Assembly: GCA_963801355.1 (NCBI GenBank)
Contig: CAWDEM010000008.1
Span: 1,632,001-1,696,000, forward strand
Direction: 5' to 3'
Length of the DNA stretch: 64,000 nucleotides
Source of the DNA: Ignavibacteriota bacterium
Lineage (GTDB): Bacteria > Bacteroidota > Ignavibacteria > UBA10030 > UBA6906
The number at the start of each line of letters is the position of its first letter. Positions within the stretch are counted from its first letter, which is position 1. Positions 40,282 through 49,752 of the stretch are shown here, piece by piece. The notes under the pieces are model-generated. The model worked only from the letters and a program-made list of their open reading frames with translations. It was not told the DNA's origin and made no database searches. The position numbers and the translations under genes were made by a program.

Positions 40282-41401
40282 AGCCCTTCACACAGGACGC
40301 CGTGCACGAACCGCAGGACCCGCATTGTGTTGCCGCTCGCGGAAGGGTGTTGAGCAGCTCCCGCGCCATGGCAAGATCCCGATACCCGTACGTGTACATG
40401 TAGGCGCGCATGAACCCCGGGATTGGAAGGCGGCGCGGGCACCCCTCAACGCACGTGCCGCAATTGTCGCAGTAGAGTCCGCCTTCTGACGGCCCGTACG
40501 CTATCGAGGCCCTCTCTGCTTCGGTGAGCACAAGATCCTGATTGACCCGCGCGTTCGCCTCAAGCATTTCGTACGAAGTGATGCCGGGAATTGCCGTTGT
40601 CACGTATGGATTCTGCAGCGCCCATTTCAGGGCGGCGACGCAGTTGATGGGTCGTTCCCGGGATTTGTCGTAGAAGGCCCCTGCCATGGTTTTCATTGCG
40701 ACAACGCCGATGCCGGCTTTGCCCGCCCGCTCAATGGCTTTCTGAACAGCGTCCCGATGACCCTGGCGGAAATTGATTGAGGTAAGCACAACATCGATTA
40801 CACCGCTCTCCACGGCGGCGTCAAGCACCTCGGGTTCGTTCTCGTGGGTCGACACACCGATGCATCGGGTCCGCCCCGAACTTTTGGCAGTCTGCAGTGC
40901 TTCAAGCATCGTTGGGTTCAGCACCTCTTCCCGCGACGAAACGCCGTGGAGGTACAGGATATCCACAGAGACGAGCTGCAGCCTGTGGAGGCTGAGATCC
41001 ACCTTCCAGAGCCAGCGCCCGACAGTGCCCTTGCCTTCTCCCCCCTCAGCCGGGACCTTCGTGGCGATGACGAACGCGTCACGACTGTATTCTTTCAGCA
41101 CGTTGCCGAGCATCTCTTCGTTGCGGCCTCTCATGTAGCCGTGGGCGGTATCCAGGTGCACCATGCCCGCGGCCAGGGCCGAACGGACGAGGCCCGGGCT
41201 ATCGGAGCGCATGACCCCCATGCTCACCACCGGCAGCTCAATTCCGGTGGCGCCAAGTTTTCTCTTGATGAGCGGCTTCGCCACCGCCTGAGTATCTTCT
41301 CTGCTCGGAGTAGCCCTGGCGGGCAACCCGGCTGATAGCAGCGCACCGGAAGCGCCGATGACGGATGACCTGAGAAACGCACGGCGGGAAGTCGTATTCA
41401 T
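40214..41401 (-). CDS. Tat-exported aldo/keto reductase with C-terminal 4Fe-4S dicluster
   Basis: SRRAFL Tat motif; LDTAHGY, IATK, YLH, IGVSTH, AMK; CxxCxxCxxxCP and CxxCxxCxxxC. Confidence 0.88.
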   Translation of the reverse strand: MNTTSRRAFLRSSVIGASGALLSAGLPARATPSREDTQAVAKPLIKRKLGATGIELPVVSMGVMRSDSPGLVRSALAAGMVHLDTAHGYMRGRNEEMLGNVLKEYSRDAFVIATKVPAEGGEGKGTVGRWLWKVDLSLHRLQLVSVDILYLHGVSSREEVLNPTMLEALQTAKSSGRTRCIGVSTHENEPEVLDAAVESGVIDVVLTSINFRQGHRDAVQKAIERAGKAGIGVVAMKTMAGAFYDKSRERPINCVAALKWALQNPYVTTAIPGITSYEMLEANARVNQDLVLTEAERASIAYGPSEGGLYCDNCGTCVEGCPRRLPIPGFMRAYMYTYGYRDLAMARELLNTLPRAATQCGSCGSCTASCVKGFDVAERIADVQRVGSIPEEFLA

Positions 41402-41445
41402 GGGACAATCTCACAAGGTGAAGGGTGATGAACACATCGTTGGTT

Positions 41446-42606
41446 TCAGACAAGCGGGGGAGACATTTTCACGTCGGGACCGAGACGCCGGCGGAACATC
41501 TCGATGATGCCTCCAAGGCCCAGGAGCAGCCCGGCAATAATCACAAGGACGCCAAGATAGGGCACGAAGGTGAGCACCTGCACGAGGATGATGCCCGCCA
41601 CGGCAGCGAGCATGAGGCGCCCTGTGCTTGCAGGCATGAATACTCTCTGGCCCACCACGACGCCGAGAACCATTTGCGAAAGGTAGAGACACCAAAGGTA
41701 CAATGTCAGGAGGAACAACCCGAGCGGCAGGCCGACAATCGTCGCGCACACCGCCAACACGATCAGGGGGGTGACCAGGAGCCCTACGACTCCCCAGAGG
41801 AGGCACCACCATGGATGCTGCCACACAGCCCGTCCCACATCCCCCACAGCAACAGGAGTCACCAGAATCAGAACGATGGCAGAGATGATCAGACTGAGCG
41901 CCCAGATAATCTTGAGCCAGAAGCGGAACGGAGAGAGACCCAGGATAAAGCCGCGGGTGTCGGGTTTCCTGGTGGTAATCTCCACGGTGCCGTCAACCGT
42001 GCCGGGGTCGATCTGCGTGCGCTCGGGATTCCCGACGGCCGCCTGCAAGTCTCCCTGGATTCGTGCACCCTGAATCGCCATGATGCCGCCGCCGGCAAAT
42101 TTCACGTCCCCGCCGACAAAGCCGCTCACTTGCGCATCCCCTCCGGTCAGCATGACATCACGCTGCACCGATCCCTCCAGATGGATTTCCCCCCCTGCAG
42201 CAAGAAGGCCGCCGCCGACTTCGGCGTCCTTCGTGAGATGGAGGTTTCCGCCGGCGATAGTGATGTTCTTGCCGACGGAACCGCTGCACTCGATGTTCCC
42301 ACCCGCTGCACGCACATCATCGGTCACGGTGCCGCTGATGCGTACCGTCCCCCCCGCGGCAAGTACGTCGCCATTGATGGTGCCTTCAATGCGTACCGTG
42401 CCGCCCGCCGCATAGACGTCACCATTGACCGTCCCGAGAATAAGCACCTCATCGCCGGAGGCAAAATACCACCCCTCGTGCACTTCTCCGGCTGACAGGA
42501 CAACGCGGCGTCCCGCACCGTCGTTGCCACTGCCGGAGTCGTTGCACCCGCCGGCAATGATCAGCATGAGTGCCATCGGGAGAAGCCTCTGCAGAACAGC
42601 GTTCAT
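41446..42606 (-). CDS. Polymer-forming (bactofilin-like beta-helix) lipoprotein with C-terminal multi-TM domain
   Basis: Lipobox IAGGC; 15-17 aa repeats G(T/S)V.GDV.AAGG.V.I; C-terminal TMs including TIVGLPLG and VPYLG. Confidence 0.7.
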   Translation of the reverse strand: MNAVLQRLLPMALMLIIAGGCNDSGSGNDGAGRRVVLSAGEVHEGWYFASGDEVLILGTVNGDVYAAGGTVRIEGTINGDVLAAGGTVRISGTVTDDVRAAGGNIECSGSVGKNITIAGGNLHLTKDAEVGGGLLAAGGEIHLEGSVQRDVMLTGGDAQVSGFVGGDVKFAGGGIMAIQGARIQGDLQAAVGNPERTQIDPGTVDGTVEITTRKPDTRGFILGLSPFRFWLKIIWALSLIISAIVLILVTPVAVGDVGRAVWQHPWWCLLWGVVGLLVTPLIVLAVCATIVGLPLGLFLLTLYLWCLYLSQMVLGVVVGQRVFMPASTGRLMLAAVAGIILVQVLTFVPYLGVLVIIAGLLLGLGGIIEMFRRRLGPDVKMSPPLV

Positions 42607-42619
42607 CGATCGCATACGA

Positions 42620-44314
42620 TTATCGGGGGATGTACAAATGGCGCTTGATCTTTTGCGTCGGGGTCTTCTGGAACGGTTCCGACTGTTCGATGATCTTGTG
42701 GATGCGCGAATACAGCGGGACACGCTCGTTGATTTGCCGTTGAAGTTCGGTCAGCTTGTCATTGATCATCTTGCGGAAGTCCGTCTCGCTCAGGGAGTGC
42801 AGGACTTTCTGGAGTTTCTCATAGTCGAGGTGAACGAGAGCGACCAGACGGTTCTGGTGTTCGTACACAACAGATTCACGCACCGTATCGAATTCGTTGA
42901 TGATCGATTCCAGCTCTTCAGGATAGATGTTCTTCCCGCTCGGTCCGAGAATCATGTTCTTGGAACGGCCCTTGATGAATAGGTACCCATCGGCCTGCAT
43001 CGTGCCGAGGTCGCCGGTCCTCAGCCACCCGTCATCCGTAAACACTTCACGCGTTCGTTCCGGGTCTTTGTAGTACCCGCGCATGACCGTGGGCCCCTTC
43101 ACCTGGATTTCCCCTTCGCCCGTTTCCGGTTTGGGATCAGCAATGCGAATCTGCGTCCCCGGAAGCGCCGGGCCTGTGGAACGATACCGTGTGTGCGAGG
43201 GATGCGTACCCGCGATGAGCGGCGCCGTTTCGGTCAGTCCATAACCAATGGCATAGGGAAATCTGGCTTCCCGCAGGAAGAGCTCGACATCCGGTGCCAG
43301 CGGCGCACCGCCGATGGCGAAGATGCGGAGCCTGCCCCCGAACGTCTGCAGGAGCTTCTTGCCGGCAATGCGGTGGAGCGCCTTGCGGCCCAGCACTGTA
43401 CCGTGCACCTTCCGCAGAAGGGGCGTCTTGGTGAGCTCCTGATAGATCTTGCCCTTGTAGATCTTTTCAATAATGAGCGGAACCGACAGCATGACGGTCG
43501 GCCGCACTTTTTCGAGCGCCGGCAGGAGGACGGCCGCGGTGGGCGGCTTCTGCATGTAATAGACGGAGGCACCAACCATCAACGGCGTCGCCAGACCGAG
43601 CGTGCACTCGTACGTGTGTGACAGGGGCAGGACCGACAGAAGTCTGTCTTCCGCCACAAGAGGCACGATCTTCAACAACGCAATGGCATCAGAAACGATG
43701 TTCCCGTGCGTGAGCATCACACCCTTTGAATGCCCCGTTGTGCCCGATGTGTAGACGATCACTGCCAGGTCGTCCGCAGCAGGGACACACGCCGGCGGGA
43801 TGGATCCGGCCTCATCGAGGAGAACGGTCGGCCGGCCTCCCGGCGAGGACGCAAGCGCGGTGGCTGGTGTTCCGGGAGCAACACTCGTGAAATCATCCAG
43901 CAGAACTACCGGGCCCGTTTCCCGGGGGGCGATCTCCAGCAGCTTCTCATACAATCGGGATGACACAAAGACCGCGCGCACCTCCGCATGACAGATGATA
44001 CGCCCGACATCGGCTGCCGGGAAGTCCGGGAGTACCGGTACCGCCACCGCTCCCATCTGGGTGATCCCGAAATACGTGATCCCCCACTGAGGGGAATTCT
44101 CGCCCAGGATGGCAACGCGGTCTCCCTGCCGAACCCCGAGAGAGGTGAGATACGCAGAGATCTTGCGTGACTGGCGGAGAATGAAGTCGTAGGAATAGCT
44201 CTCGCCCTCGATTGTGGCCAGGGCAGGCCGGGCCGGAAACTTCTGCGCTGTCTGCTCAATCAACGTGCGCAGAGTGCCGGACATGTTGTTGGAAAGGGAA
44301 GTAGGCATGTTCAT
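42620..44314 (-). CDS. Long-chain fatty acid-CoA ligase
   Basis: YTSGTTGHSKGVMLTH, LPLSH.YE, GYGLTET, VMRGYY, TGDLG, GKNIYPEE. Confidence 0.9.
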   Translation of the reverse strand: MNMPTSLSNNMSGTLRTLIEQTAQKFPARPALATIEGESYSYDFILRQSRKISAYLTSLGVRQGDRVAILGENSPQWGITYFGITQMGAVAVPVLPDFPAADVGRIICHAEVRAVFVSSRLYEKLLEIAPRETGPVVLLDDFTSVAPGTPATALASSPGGRPTVLLDEAGSIPPACVPAADDLAVIVYTSGTTGHSKGVMLTHGNIVSDAIALLKIVPLVAEDRLLSVLPLSHTYECTLGLATPLMVGASVYYMQKPPTAAVLLPALEKVRPTVMLSVPLIIEKIYKGKIYQELTKTPLLRKVHGTVLGRKALHRIAGKKLLQTFGGRLRIFAIGGAPLAPDVELFLREARFPYAIGYGLTETAPLIAGTHPSHTRYRSTGPALPGTQIRIADPKPETGEGEIQVKGPTVMRGYYKDPERTREVFTDDGWLRTGDLGTMQADGYLFIKGRSKNMILGPSGKNIYPEELESIINEFDTVRESVVYEHQNRLVALVHLDYEKLQKVLHSLSETDFRKMINDKLTELQRQINERVPLYSRIHKIIEQSEPFQKTPTQKIKRHLYIPR

Positions 44315-44460
44315 AAGATACCAAGATATCGAAAAATGGTCAAGCGGCTTGCGACGGAAAGGTACGATTTCCCGGTCAAAAAAACCTACGAAAATGGGCC
44401 GGGCAAGCCGGGCGCACCGGGCCTATGCAGTCACTTGTGGTGTATTCGGATTGGCGAACG

Positions 44461-45237
44461 CTACCCGAACCTCCCCGTCACGTAGTCCTCAGTCTGTTTT
44501 TTCGCCGGTGAAGTGAAGATTTTCCGGGTCTCGTCGAATTCTATGAGTGCACCCATGTAGAAGAATGCGGTGAAGTCGCTCACCCGAGCCGCCTGTTGCA
44601 TGTTGTGGGTGACGATGACAATCGTGTAGTTCTTCTTCAGTTCATAGATCAGCTCTTCGATCTTTGCCGTGGCAATCGGGTCGAGGGCGCTTGCCGGTTC
44701 ATCCATCAACAGCACTTCCGGATCAACCGCAAGGGCTCGAGCGATGCAGAGACGCTGCTGTTGCCCTCCGGACAGCGCAAACGCGCTCATCGTGAGATCG
44801 TCCTTCACTTCTTCCCAAAGCGCCGCCCTCTTCAATGTCCCCTCGACGATCTCCTCCAGCCGGCGTCGGTCCCGAATGCCGTTGATTCTGGGACCGTATG
44901 CCACGTTGTCGAAAATCGACTTCGGGAAAGGATTGGACTTCTGGAATATCATGCCGACGTGCTTCCGGAGTTCCACCACGTCAACACTCCGGTCATACAC
45001 GTTGATATCATCCACCATGACACGGCCTTCAATGCTCACATCGCTGATGAGGTCGTTCATGCGATTCAAGGTCCGGAGGAATGTCGACTTTCCACATCCT
45101 GACGGTCCGATGAGCGCCGTCACTCTGTGTGCGGGCATGTCAAATGTGATGTCGTGCAGCGCCTGTTTGGGACCATAGGAGAGGTTCAGATTGCGAACGG
45201 AGATCTTGTGTGACTCCCGGTCGGCGGGAATGTGCAT
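44461..45237 (-). CDS. pstB: Phosphate ABC transporter ATPase
   Basis: [60 protein letters not shown]. Confidence 0.97.
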   Translation of the reverse strand: MHIPADRESHKISVRNLNLSYGPKQALHDITFDMPAHRVTALIGPSGCGKSTFLRTLNRMNDLISDVSIEGRVMVDDINVYDRSVDVVELRKHVGMIFQKSNPFPKSIFDNVAYGPRINGIRDRRRLEEIVEGTLKRAALWEEVKDDLTMSAFALSGGQQQRLCIARALAVDPEVLLMDEPASALDPIATAKIEELIYELKKNYTIVIVTHNMQQAARVSDFTAFFYMGALIEFDETRKIFTSPAKKQTEDYVTGRFG

Positions 45238-45246
45238 GGCGGCTCC

Positions 45247-46158
45247 CTACCCTATCTTCCGGGTTCGTATGCGGGCCCGGAGGAATATTGCTGAGAAGTT
45301 GAGAAGAAATGTCAGGAGAAGCAGAACCAGTGTTGTCGCGTACTGAATTCCCTGCGTGGCATCGACATTCGTGGATTGGGTTGACATGATATACACATGG
45401 TAGCCCAACTCCATGAACTGATCCGATAACGCGCCGGGAAGTCGGGGGAGAAAATAGGCAGCTCCGGTGAAGAGAATCGGGGCTACTTCCCCCGCTCCCC
45501 TGCTCACTGCAAGTACACCTCCCGTCAGGATGCCGGTGATGGAGTTCGGCAGGACGACGTGCCAGATGGTTTGCCACTTGGTGGCACCCAGAGCCAGACT
45601 TGCCGCCCGCAACTCCTGCGGCACCGTGCGGATTGCCTCCTCCACTGACACGATGACCACGGGTAACGTCAGCAGGGCCATGGTCATGCTTGCCCAGAGC
45701 AATCCGGGTTGGGCCCACTTCATTACCGTGCCGCCGCTGACAATGTTGTCTATCCCCCCGCCCACAAACTGCACGAAGAACCCGAGACCGAAGAGCCCGA
45801 ATACGATTGACGGAACCCCGGCAAGGGTGTTCACGGCAAACCTGATGAGCCGGGCAAGGCGCGAGCGCGGGCTCGCATACTCGCTCAAGTAGACCGCCGT
45901 GATTGTCCCCACCGGTACCCCAGCAATCGACATGATGAGCACCAGGAGGGCGGTCCCGGCAATGGCCGGGAATATTCCCCCCGCCGTCATCCCCTCCGTC
46001 GGTGAACCGGTGATGAACTCCCACGACATGACGTCCCATCCCCCGATGACGATCGTCGCCATGATGTACAGAACGACAACGACAATACCCAGCGCGGCAA
46101 AACCGGTCCCCCCGACGACAGAAGCTCCGATGATTCTGTTCTTGAGTGTCATGATCAC
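45247..46158 (-). CDS. pstA: Phosphate ABC transporter permease
   Basis: GGIFPAI.GT, AVYLSEY, LAGVPSIVFGLFG, ALGATKWQT, RGAGEVAPI. Confidence 0.95.
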   Translation of the reverse strand: MIMTLKNRIIGASVVGGTGFAALGIVVVVLYIMATIVIGGWDVMSWEFITGSPTEGMTAGGIFPAIAGTALLVLIMSIAGVPVGTITAVYLSEYASPRSRLARLIRFAVNTLAGVPSIVFGLFGLGFFVQFVGGGIDNIVSGGTVMKWAQPGLLWASMTMALLTLPVVIVSVEEAIRTVPQELRAASLALGATKWQTIWHVVLPNSITGILTGGVLAVSRGAGEVAPILFTGAAYFLPRLPGALSDQFMELGYHVYIMSTQSTNVDATQGIQYATTLVLLLLTFLLNFSAIFLRARIRTRKIG

Positions 46159-47324
46159 CCGCCTCGGAAGCGCTTGAGTAATCGCTGGCGGATGAAGAGC
46201 TCCGCTCCGGCATTCAGCACGAAGGTGAACACGAACAAGAGTGCCCCGAGGAAGAAGAGCACCGTGTAATGCGTATCCCCAAACACCACTTCAGCCATTT
46301 CGGCACCAATCGTCGCCGACATCGTGCGCACCGGCTCCGTTGGGCTGAGCGAGAGCAGGGCCGCATTCCCGGTTGCCATCAAGACAATCATCGTCTCCCC
46401 GAAGGCCCTCCCAAACCCGAGCACAACAGCGGCGAAGACGCCGGGGGTCGCTGCCGGGAGTGTGATAAAAAATGCAGTCTGCCATCGGGTAGCTCCCAGG
46501 GCCAGACTGGCCTCCTTCATGTACGAGGGAACGGCCGTCAAAGCGTCTTCAGCAACGGTGTAGATGATCGGGATGACCGCGAGCGACATGGCGACCCCCC
46601 CCACAAACGCATTCAAGCGGTACTGGTACCCGAAAAGATCCTGGAACATTGTGGCCAAAACCATGAGTGCGAAGAATCCGATGACGACGGAGGGAAAACC
46701 GGCGAGAATCTCAATGGCAGGTTTCAACGTCTCTTTCGCCCACTTCGGCGCGAACGAGGATGTAAAGAGCGCCGCAAGGATGGCCACTGGAGCCGCAATC
46801 AGAATGGCAATGAGCGTCGTCTTCAGCGACCCTGCAACCAGCGGCAACAAGCCATACTGCGGTCGCGCGGAGACGGGTTGCCATGACGGCGAGAGCAAGT
46901 TCTGAGCGGTCACCTGACCCTCCGCGCCGGCTGTTTCCGAACGCATGGATCGTTCCTTCCCCTGCGCCATGCTCAATGCCTGCTCCCCCACCTGCTCCTC
47001 ACCATAGGTCTCAATCGGTTCGACATCCATCGCTACTGACTGACCCTTCTGGGGAAAAAAGATCGGAGAGGCTTCGCGAAACACAAAGACAAAAATCAGG
47101 GCAATGGTCGCAAGGGAGACTACAGCTACTGCGGTGATGATCTTCTCCGCGAAGAACTCATCAGGCCTGAAGCGCTTCCGGAGATCCCCCGGGGTCAACC
47201 GCTGCCGTCCGGACTGCTCGCTTCTGGCTGATGCCTGGGGAATCGCCGCAGGTTCGACGGCGGCCTGTTGAAAAACGGTCACGTTGCGGTCAAGCCGCAA
47301 CGCGACGTCGGATGCAGTGCTCAT
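46155..47324 (-). CDS. pstC: Phosphate ABC transporter permease
   Basis: W.P...YG.LPL..GS, EILAGFPSVVIG, EASLALGATRWQT, RAFGETM.V.M..GN. Confidence 0.95.
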   Translation of the reverse strand: MSTASDVALRLDRNVTVFQQAAVEPAAIPQASARSEQSGRQRLTPGDLRKRFRPDEFFAEKIITAVAVVSLATIALIFVFVFREASPIFFPQKGQSVAMDVEPIETYGEEQVGEQALSMAQGKERSMRSETAGAEGQVTAQNLLSPSWQPVSARPQYGLLPLVAGSLKTTLIAILIAAPVAILAALFTSSFAPKWAKETLKPAIEILAGFPSVVIGFFALMVLATMFQDLFGYQYRLNAFVGGVAMSLAVIPIIYTVAEDALTAVPSYMKEASLALGATRWQTAFFITLPAATPGVFAAVVLGFGRAFGETMIVLMATGNAALLSLSPTEPVRTMSATIGAEMAEVVFGDTHYTVLFFLGALLFVFTFVLNAGAELFIRQRLLKRFRGG

Positions 47325-47352
47325 ATGTGATCTTCTTTTCTTCCGCTGGATC

Positions 47353-48180
47353 CTAGCGAATCGGGAAATAGCCCACTTCGGTCACGATCTTCTGCCCCTC
47401 CTCGCTGAGTATCCAATCGATATATTCCTTAAGTGCACCGGTGGGACGATTGCGAACATACATGTAGAGATACCGGCTGATCGGGTAGTTGCCCGACTTG
47501 ATGTTTTCCAGCGTGGGTGCGTACCCGGGGGCGGACGCGTCTTTCTTCACTTTCAGCTCCCGGATCCCCTTGCCATACGCCGCCCCGCCGTATCCAATGC
47601 CCGCCTTGTCCTTCCCCACGGCATTTACAACCGCCGCGGTTCCTGGCATGGTCTGCATCGTTGCCGTGTAATCCTCGCCCATGAGCACGTTATCCTTGAA
47701 GTATACGTAGGTCCCCGAGCTGTTCTCACGGCCGTACACGATGATTTTTGCATTGGGCCCGCCAACTTCCCTCCAGTTGGTGATCTTCCCCGTATAGATG
47801 TCCTTCAGCTGCCCGAGGCTGAGATCCTGGATCTGACTTTCCACATTGACATAGACGGAGAGCCCATCGAGGGCACTCTTGATCTCAACTCCCCGCGTGC
47901 CGTAGCGCTGTTTCAGTTTGTCTATCTCACTGCGTTTCATCGGACGGGAGGCATTGCATATATCCGTCGCCCCATTGATAAGTGCGGAGATTCCCGTGCC
48001 CGATCCGCCGCCGGTGACCTGAATGACCACGTCCTGATGCTTACCCATGTACTTCTCGGCCCAGCGCTGGGCAAGTATGACCATCGTGTCGGAGCCCTTC
48101 ACCGTGATCTTTTCCTCCCCGCGGGCCGCAGGCTGGATAAGCATAGCGAGTGCAAGCATACTCAAAGCCAGTGTTTTCAT
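47353..48180 (-). CDS. pstS: Phosphate ABC transporter substrate-binding protein
   Basis: KGSDTM, GGGSGTGI, NASR, RENSSGT, YPISR.L. Confidence 0.95.
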   Translation of the reverse strand: MKTLALSMLALAMLIQPAARGEEKITVKGSDTMVILAQRWAEKYMGKHQDVVIQVTGGGSGTGISALINGATDICNASRPMKRSEIDKLKQRYGTRGVEIKSALDGLSVYVNVESQIQDLSLGQLKDIYTGKITNWREVGGPNAKIIVYGRENSSGTYVYFKDNVLMGEDYTATMQTMPGTAAVVNAVGKDKAGIGYGGAAYGKGIRELKVKKDASAPGYAPTLENIKSGNYPISRYLYMYVRNRPTGALKEYIDWILSEEGQKIVTEVGYFPIR

Positions 48181-48218
48181 AGAGCTGTTCCCATGTATGA
48201 AGTGAGCAAATCCTCTTC

Positions 48219-49574
48219 CTAGAACCTGTATTGCGTGCGAAACGTCAATACGTTGTCGCGCACGTTGTCGACGTACGGGGAGAGCGATGAGGACGCACTT
48301 GTGATCCCCGTGAGCTTTTCGTTGCTGACCATTTCATAGTACAGCATGAATTTCACGTTGTCGTCCCAGTAGTGCACAAGACCCAGCCCCAGCGTGGAAA
48401 ACTTGACATCTGCCGCCGTCAAACCGGCTGCCCCGGAGGTGTTGCCGGACCGGAAATCGGCCGCCGCCACTTTGGTGTTGGGATCGTACTCATCGTACTT
48501 CACGACGAGCTGATTCCGGTCGCCCAGATTCTGGATGTAGTACACATAGAACCCGGAGAATTCTCTTTGATAGATGCCCGTCGTCGGCTGCATCGAAGGA
48601 CTGGTGGTGGTGGCGGAAGTGCCCGGCTGCTTCCCTGTGACGTACTCGCCGCGCACTATGGCACCACCGATCGAAGGCACATCCAGATAGAATTGCGCGT
48701 CAACACCGACATACGTGCGCCCCACCGGTGCGCTGACATTTGTTCCCGCCGAATCTACGGCGAAGCCGGGGTCGCCGTTCGCGAGCGATCCCATCGTGTA
48801 GAGATACCTGGTGTTGTTGCGCACACTTCCGACATACCCCGAAATGCCGACATCAAGCGCGGCATCGATGTCCCCGAGCGGTATCTGGGCGGCGATGTGG
48901 CCTATGAGGTCCTTGGAGTTGTCGTAATCGTTGGCCGACGGACCGGATCCGTTGAACACTCCGACGTCCGCCCGCAGGAAACCCAGGGGACCCGATTGCG
49001 GCGCGAAAAACACCTTGGCACCGAGTTCACGCTCGCCCGGAAAAAGGGTCTGGTACAGCCGGGAGCGCTCCGGTGTTTCGCGGCTGCTCGAGGAATATGA
49101 AATTTCGTAGCCGAAAGGACGGTCGAAGACTCCCGCCTGCAGTCCGAACGAATTCGTCCAGGGCTCGGTGACAGAAAGATAAGCGTCCTTCAAGCTCACA
49201 CCGGTCTGAATTGCGTCGATTTGCACCACGAACTGTGTGATGACGTTGTCATAGGTCACCTTCACCCTCCCGCGGCGCACCTGGAACAGGTTCTTGACGT
49301 TTGCTGCAAACTGTCCGCCGGAGAAATTGCCGATGGGGTAGGCGGTGTTCATCAGGTCGGTGGAGCGCCATTGCGCCTGCACATACCCGGAAACCTTGAT
49401 CTTCCGCAATGCATCTACAAAGCCACGGTACTCCATCGCGGATTCGCTCAATCCCTGCACTGCCCCCTTCACCTCCTCAAGCCCTTCCTTGGTCGCAGCC
49501 TGTTCCTGGGAAATCGCGAGAGTGTGGAATGCGATTGCGTATGCGGCAATCAGCGAGAGTAAGCTTGCTTTCAT
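48219..49574 (-). CDS. Phosphate-selective outer-membrane porin (OprO/P-like)
   Basis: Signal peptide; SGYVQ, F.VRRGRVK, LKDAY, G.F.RPFGYE..SS..PER, NG.G, terminal QYRF; first gene of the pst operon. Confidence 0.8.
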   Translation of the reverse strand: MKASLLSLIAAYAIAFHTLAISQEQAATKEGLEEVKGAVQGLSESAMEYRGFVDALRKIKVSGYVQAQWRSTDLMNTAYPIGNFSGGQFAANVKNLFQVRRGRVKVTYDNVITQFVVQIDAIQTGVSLKDAYLSVTEPWTNSFGLQAGVFDRPFGYEISYSSSSRETPERSRLYQTLFPGERELGAKVFFAPQSGPLGFLRADVGVFNGSGPSANDYDNSKDLIGHIAAQIPLGDIDAALDVGISGYVGSVRNNTRYLYTMGSLANGDPGFAVDSAGTNVSAPVGRTYVGVDAQFYLDVPSIGGAIVRGEYVTGKQPGTSATTTSPSMQPTTGIYQREFSGFYVYYIQNLGDRNQLVVKYDEYDPNTKVAAADFRSGNTSGAAGLTAADVKFSTLGLGLVHYWDDNVKFMLYYEMVSNEKLTGITSASSSLSPYVDNVRDNVLTFRTQYRF

Positions 49575-49653
49575 TAGTGCCCTTCATAGTTGTTGACAGC
49601 ACTACACACACTATGTTTCACGGCACCAATATAGAACTGCAGCATTACTCCAT

Positions 49654-49682
49654 TGTGAAGGAGGTGTTAAGAAATTGTTAAG
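49654..49682 (-). promoter_or_regulatory. Pho-box-like array (three 11-bp-period repeats)
   Basis: CTTAACA-N4-CTTAACA-N4-CTTCACA upstream of a TATATT -10 (49633-49628) of the porin-pstSCAB operon. Confidence 0.8.
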
Positions 49683-49752
49683 CCGCGGGTTGTGCCAACC
49701 TCGACACTTGAAGGGATGATGGGGATGATTGGTTGGAAATATCAGAGGACGC

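Noticed and set aside
45220-45237. MHIPAD N-terminus resembling NikM/CbiM
   Set aside because: Coincidence; the rest of the protein is a canonical PstB.
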